From contig CAVPCZ010000003.1 of assembly GCA_963702445.1 (NCBI GenBank), positions 512,254-576,253 on the forward strand: 64,000 bases of DNA, in the 5' to 3' direction. A program made the position numbers and the translations under genes. Below the pieces are notes generated by a model, which saw nothing but the letters and a program-made list of their open reading frames with translations, made no database searches and was not told the origin of the DNA. Origin of the DNA: Ignavibacteriota bacterium (GTDB lineage: Bacteria; Bacteroidota; Ignavibacteria; UBA10030; UBA6906). This document shows, piece after piece, positions 59,987 to 64,000 of the stretch (within the stretch, counting starts at the first letter, position 1; each line of letters starts with the position of its first letter).

Positions 59987-62233
59987 TCAGGGTGTTTCGC
60001 GTGGCAGAACACGAAGGGTGCGTGGAGACTGGGTTCGGGAGCGGATGATATGCGTTTGACTATCCGTCTGATCGTCTCCCCCGGGTGTATTCAGGCGTGT
60101 GTACAGGCCGTCCGGGCCGAGGACGCGTGCCCGGACACGATCCTGGAGCGCGGTTTCAAGCACTTCCTCGGTGATCTGACGGAGAAGAACCGGGTGTTCG
60201 ACCGGAAACATCAACTCCACGCGGCGGTCCAGGTTCCGGCCCATCAGGTCGGCGCTGCTCAGGAAGAGCTCCTGGTTTCCGCCGTTTTCGAAGAGAAAGA
60301 CACGGCTGTGTTCCAGAAACCGGCCGACGATACTGATCACCCGGATATTGTCGCTGATGCCTTTGATGCCCGGTCTCAGGCAGCAGATACCGCGAATGAT
60401 CAGGTCGATGGAGACGCCCGCCTGGGAGGCCCCGTACAGAAGCTCGATCATCCTGGTGTCTGTGAGGGAATTCATCTTGAAGATGAGCCGTGCGGGGCGT
60501 CCGGCGCGGGCATGGGCGATCTCCCGTTCCACGAGTGCGGTGATGCGTGTCCGCAGGTTCACCGGCGCCACCACCAGCTTGCGGTAGGCGTCAATCCTGG
60601 AGTAGCCGGTCAGGAAATTGAACACCTCCGTGGCGTCCGCGGTGATGTCATCCCGGCATGTGAAGAAGCTCAGGTCGGTGTAGATGCGTGCCGTCACGGG
60701 GTTATAGTTGCCGGTTCCCAGATGCACATACCGCCGGAGACCGTCCGGTTCCTTCCGTACGACAAGCGCCATCTTTGCGTGGGTCTTCAGCCCCATGAGG
60801 CCGTAGACCACATGAACGCCGGCGCGCTCAAGCTGTTTTGCCCAGCCGATATTGTTCTCTTCGTCAAACCGCGCCTTGAGCTCCACCAGAACGGCGACCT
60901 GTTTGCCGGCCTCCGCAGCGCGGACAAGCAGAGGAATCAGCGGGGACTCTTTTCCGATGCGGTAGAGTGTTTGTTTGATGGCCAGGACGCTGGGATCGTC
61001 CACCGCGCTTTTAATGAACTGCACGACGGGGGCGAAGGAGTCGTACGGGTGGTGGAGAATCACGTCGCCGCGGCGGATACTGCTGAAGATATCTTCGGAC
61101 TCATCGTCCGCCAGCGGCAGGGCGGGATGAATCGGCGGATCCTTGAGATCGGGGCGCGGAATCTTCAACAGCTGCATCAGGTGGCTCAGTCCGAGCGGGG
61201 GGAAGAGTTCATAGACGTCGGCGGGGATGACCTCGAGGTTCTCGATAAGAATATCCTTGATGCGGGCGGGCATGGTGTTCTGAACGCCCACACGGACCAC
61301 CGAACCGAAGCGCCGGAGCCTGATCGATTCTTCAATGGAGCTGAGCAGATCATCCGCTTCGTCTTCCTGGATTTCGATGTCGGCATTCCGTGTCACGCGG
61401 AACGCATAGGATTCCTTGACCGTCATACCCGGGAAGAGCAGGCCGACATTTTCCGCGATGAGGTCCTCGAGCCAGACGAAGCGCAGCACTGCGGGGGAGC
61501 CATCCCCTCCCGGAATCTGTACCAGGCGGGGGAGCACGTCGGGGACTTTGACCCGGGCGAACCGCTCTTCTCCCTTCGGATCGATCACCACCACTGCAAG
61601 GCTGAGGCTGAGGTTGGAGATATAGGGAAACGGATGACCCGGGTCGAAGGCGAGCGGCGTGAGGACCGGGAAGATCTCCCGGGCAAAGAGATCCGCAAGG
61701 GCCTGCTGTTCACCGGGGGAGACGTCGGGCATGGTCAGGAGATGGATGCCTGCGCCGGCAAGGTGCGGACGCAGCTCGTTACGGAAACACGAGCTCATTT
61801 CCTCGAGCATGCGCGAGACGCGCGCGTGAATGGCATCCAGCTGCTGCAGGGGGATGCGGCCGTCCGGGGAGAGGTCGGCCACGTTGGCCAGCAGCTGATC
61901 CTTGATGGCCGCCACGCGGATCATGAAGAATTCATCCAGATTGGAACTGACAATCGAAAGGAATTTGGCGCGTTCCAGCAACGGATGGCGCCAATCGTGG
62001 GCTTCCTCGAGGACCCGTTGATTGAACTCCAGCCAGCTCAATTCGCGATTGATGTAGAGCCCCGGATCGAGTGAGGGAGGAAGATAGGACAGAAGCCGTT
62101 CCTTGAACGTCGGACGCCGTTTCCGTTTGGTGCGGGGGGAACGGGTCTTACGACCGCCGGTGAGGCCGTCGGTTCCTCCTTTCGCCGGATCGACGGAAGG
62201 GGAATTGGGGTCCGCGGATTGGGGCTGCTGCAC
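59987..62233 (-). CDS. ppk1: polyphosphate kinase 1
   Basis: 748 aa with ..YINRELSWLEFNQRVLEEA.. and two PLD-like HKD regions (..THAKMALVVR.., ..RFLEHSRVFLF..). GTG start at 62233 gives a ~55-aa basic N-terminal extension, so the start is uncertain. Confidence 0.93.
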   Translation of the reverse strand: MQQPQSADPNSPSVDPAKGGTDGLTGGRKTRSPRTKRKRRPTFKERLLSYLPPSLDPGLYINRELSWLEFNQRVLEEAHDWRHPLLERAKFLSIVSSNLDEFFMIRVAAIKDQLLANVADLSPDGRIPLQQLDAIHARVSRMLEEMSSCFRNELRPHLAGAGIHLLTMPDVSPGEQQALADLFAREIFPVLTPLAFDPGHPFPYISNLSLSLAVVVIDPKGEERFARVKVPDVLPRLVQIPGGDGSPAVLRFVWLEDLIAENVGLLFPGMTVKESYAFRVTRNADIEIQEDEADDLLSSIEESIRLRRFGSVVRVGVQNTMPARIKDILIENLEVIPADVYELFPPLGLSHLMQLLKIPRPDLKDPPIHPALPLADDESEDIFSSIRRGDVILHHPYDSFAPVVQFIKSAVDDPSVLAIKQTLYRIGKESPLIPLLVRAAEAGKQVAVLVELKARFDEENNIGWAKQLERAGVHVVYGLMGLKTHAKMALVVRKEPDGLRRYVHLGTGNYNPVTARIYTDLSFFTCRDDITADATEVFNFLTGYSRIDAYRKLVVAPVNLRTRITALVEREIAHARAGRPARLIFKMNSLTDTRMIELLYGASQAGVSIDLIIRGICCLRPGIKGISDNIRVISIVGRFLEHSRVFLFENGGNQELFLSSADLMGRNLDRRVELMFPVEHPVLLRQITEEVLETALQDRVRARVLGPDGLYTRLNTPGGDDQTDSQTHIIRSRTQSPRTLRVLPRETP

Positions 62234-62428
62234 AGAACTGTTCCTGGTTCGTCGTTACCTATGCATACAATATCCTTTCTTTGATGGAAAGAAACAAGGT
62301 AAAGAGCAATGTCGTGTTGGAACTTATCGAATCGTTCCTTACTATTATATGACGTACAATCAACGCCGGGGAATGCCCTTCTCCTTTTGGAACGAAGGGC
62401 CCTCATCACCATCTGCCGGGGTACTTCC

Positions 62429-63339
62429 ATGAAACGCCGAATCCTTTCTGCACTCGTTCTGTCCCTTGTTCTCCTGACGCTCTGCTTTGCCCAGCAGAAA
62501 CTCTCCGAGACGTCAGCATCGACGATCGATGTCATGCAGAACTATCGCATCGTTCCGAACATCACGTACGCAGTGATGAACAACTTTGAATGTAAACTCG
62601 ATGTGTATGCACGCCGGACGCTGGATGCCGTGACGCCGACCGTAATATCCATCCACGGCGGGGGCTGGGTGGGCGGAACAAAAGAAGGGGCTCAGCTTAC
62701 CCTCCTCCCCTATCTCGAAATGGGATTCTCCGTGGTAAATGTCGAATACCGGCTCGCCAGGGTGTCTCTTGCCCCGGTGCCGTCGAAGACTGCCGGCTCG
62801 CTCTCCGCTGGGTGTTCAAGAACGCAAGGACCTACGGCTTTGACACGACGCGCATAATCGTGACCGGCGGTTCGGCAGGGGGGCACCTCGCCCTCATGAC
62901 GGGAATGCTCGACTCGTCCGCCCTCTTCGACGCGCCACGGGAATGGGACCAGACCAATGTACCGCTCAGGGTGGCGGCCATCATCAACTGGTTCGGCATT
63001 ACCGACGTGAAGGATCTCCTTGCCGGCCCCAACCGGCAGAACTATGCCGTCTCCTGGCTCGGCAGCCAGGCCGACCGGGACGAACTTGCCCGGCGTGTTT
63101 CGCCCCTGACGTACGTGAGGGGGGGAACTCCCCCCATCCTGACCATCCATGGAGACCAGGACGAACTCGTGCCGTACAGCCATGCCGTCCGTCTGCACAA
63201 AATGCTCGAGAAGGCCGGCGTGCCGAATCAACTCCTGACCATCCCCGGGGGGAAGCACGGCGGCTTCAGCCGGGACCAGATGGTCAACTGCTACGCGACG
63301 ATCCGGGAGTTCCTGAAGCGGCATGGAGTGTTGCCTTGA
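62429..63339 (+). CDS. secreted alpha/beta hydrolase (carboxylesterase-like); one frameshift
   Basis: Signal peptide MKRRILSALVLSLVLLTLCFA, oxyanion HGGGW, joined to ORF 62812..63339 at the C4 run near 62774 (..EYRLARVSLAP / AVEDCRLALRWV..). Nucleophile elbow GGSAGG and ..HGDQDELVP... Confidence 0.85.
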
Positions 63340-63364
63340 CTATGTCCTGTGAAGCTTGTATCAT
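63336..63364 (+). promoter_or_regulatory. putative promoter TTGACT-17-TATCAT of the second STAS gene
   Basis: -35 at 63336-63341 (overlaps the esterase stop), 17-bp spacer, -10 at 63359-63364. Confidence 0.5.
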
Positions 63365-63393
63365 GGTTCGTTACTCACCACACCGGAGGGGTC

Positions 63394-63738
63394 ATGTCCA
63401 TCAAAACCTCAACGCTTCCTGAAGGCGGCATCGGACTGATAGAGCCACGCGGATCGCTCATCGGCGGCGAAGAGACTGTCGAACTCCGCCAGGCGGTGGC
63501 GGGATTTGCCGAACGTGACTACACAAAGCTCCTGATCGATCTGAGCCACGTGACGTATCTGAACAGCACCGCCATTGGCGTGCTGGTTTCCGCCCAGACG
63601 ACATTCGTCCGCCGTAATGGCAAGGTGAAACTCTGCGGCATCAACAAGAACATCCAGAATATCTTTGTGATCACAAAGCTCACGATGGTGTTTGACGTAT
63701 ACGACACGCGTGCGGAGGCGATCACGAGCTTTACTTAG
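63394..63738 (+). CDS. STAS-domain protein (anti-sigma-factor antagonist), paralog 2
   Basis: 114 aa from MSIKTSTLPEGG (GGAGGG upstream), roughly 60% identical by eye to 45053..45406 (shared ..VTYLNSTAIGVLVSA.TTF...G.VKLC.INKNI.NIFVITKLT.VFDV..). Confidence 0.88.
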   Translation: MSIKTSTLPEGGIGLIEPRGSLIGGEETVELRQAVAGFAERDYTKLLIDLSHVTYLNSTAIGVLVSAQTTFVRRNGKVKLCGINKNIQNIFVITKLTMVFDVYDTRAEAITSFT

Positions 63739-63745
63739 GCTTCCT

Positions 63746-64000
63746 ATGCAGTGCCCAGCCTGTGCGACGGAGATCCCGGAGCACTCCCGCTTCTGCCTGC
63801 AATGCGGCACGACGCTCGGCCCCACGCCGAATCCGAATCGTCCCCCCATTGACGGCTTTTCCCTTCTGCAGCGATACATTCCTCGCGATCTGGCGGAACG
63901 CATTCTTGCCGCCGGAAAACAGATCGAGAGCGAGCGCCGCCTCGTTACCGTCCTCTTTGCCGATGTCACGGGGTTTACCGCCCTCTCTGAAAAAATGGAT
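63746..64000 (+). CDS. class III adenylate/guanylate cyclase with N-terminal zinc-ribbon; 5' part only (runs off the window)
   Basis: MQCPACATEIPEHSRFCLQCGTTL (zinc ribbon), then ..ERRLVTVLFADVTGFTALSEKMD (cyclase metal-binding start). The frame is open to the window end; the gene is not in the ORF track because it has no stop. Confidence 0.75.
   Translation, partial: MQCPACATEIPEHSRFCLQCGTTLGPTPNPNRPPIDGFSLLQRYIPRDLAERILAAGKQIESERRLVTVLFADVTGFTALSEKMD

Noticed and set aside
1-64000. CRISPR arrays, transposases, integrases, phage genes, toxin-antitoxin or known defence-system genes
   Set aside because: Scanning the ORF track and all intergenic gaps (the largest are about 270, 260, 195 and 160 bp), I found no direct-repeat/spacer array, no DDE/tyrosine/serine recombinase-like ORF, and no flanking repeat pairs bounding an island. 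The window looks like core chromosome.

Overview
High-GC (about 60-65% by eye), densely coding bacterial chromosomal window with about 60 protein genes and one tRNA. I saw no CRISPR array, transposase, integrase or prophage signal. A T9SS-type C-terminal sorting tail, an exbB-exbD-exbD-tonB-PstS-like-TPR block, tilS-hpt-ftsH and hpnCDE suggest an FCB-superphylum organism (Bacteroidota/Rhodothermota/Ignavibacteriota-like); that placement is inference only. Blocks in order: TRAP permease and a secreted GHL10 hydrolase; radA, an amidohydrolase, rdgB and a membrane HdrD-like Fe-S protein; a glycan/amino-sugar utilisation run (11-22 kb); assorted small enzymes plus an unrecognised 516-aa ORF coupled to an SDR; a minus-strand operon of promoter, tRNA(CAU), tilS, hpt, ftsH, polyprenol kinase and an NDT-like gene; hpnC-hpnD-hpnE squalene genes; two tandem DUF1624 paralogs plus a GH13 amylase; CNNM, a small OMP, a histidine kinase and a sigma-54 activator, followed by a sigma-54 promoter driving an STAS-ExbB-ExbD-ExbD-TonB-PstS-like-TPR operon; an orphan ECF sigma with a repeat-bearing leader; Nudix, CopZ, Smr and an M14 peptidase; gltA, a tricorn-like protease and ppk1; an esterase, a second STAS paralog and a class III cyclase (partial). 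Main caveat: reading by eye I count roughly 40 reading-frame disruptions in about 24 otherwise recognisable genes, including ftsH, tilS and gltA. Many sit in homopolymer runs, so most are probably sequencing or assembly indels rather than biology, and disrupted genes are given below as joined spans. The best candidates for follow-up are the sigma-54/two-component-controlled STAS-Ton operon, the tRNA(CAU) placed 8 nt upstream of tilS, the 8-fold disrupted hpnE, the 3 x 9-bp tandem repeat in the ECF sigma leader, and the SDR-coupled 516-aa ORF.
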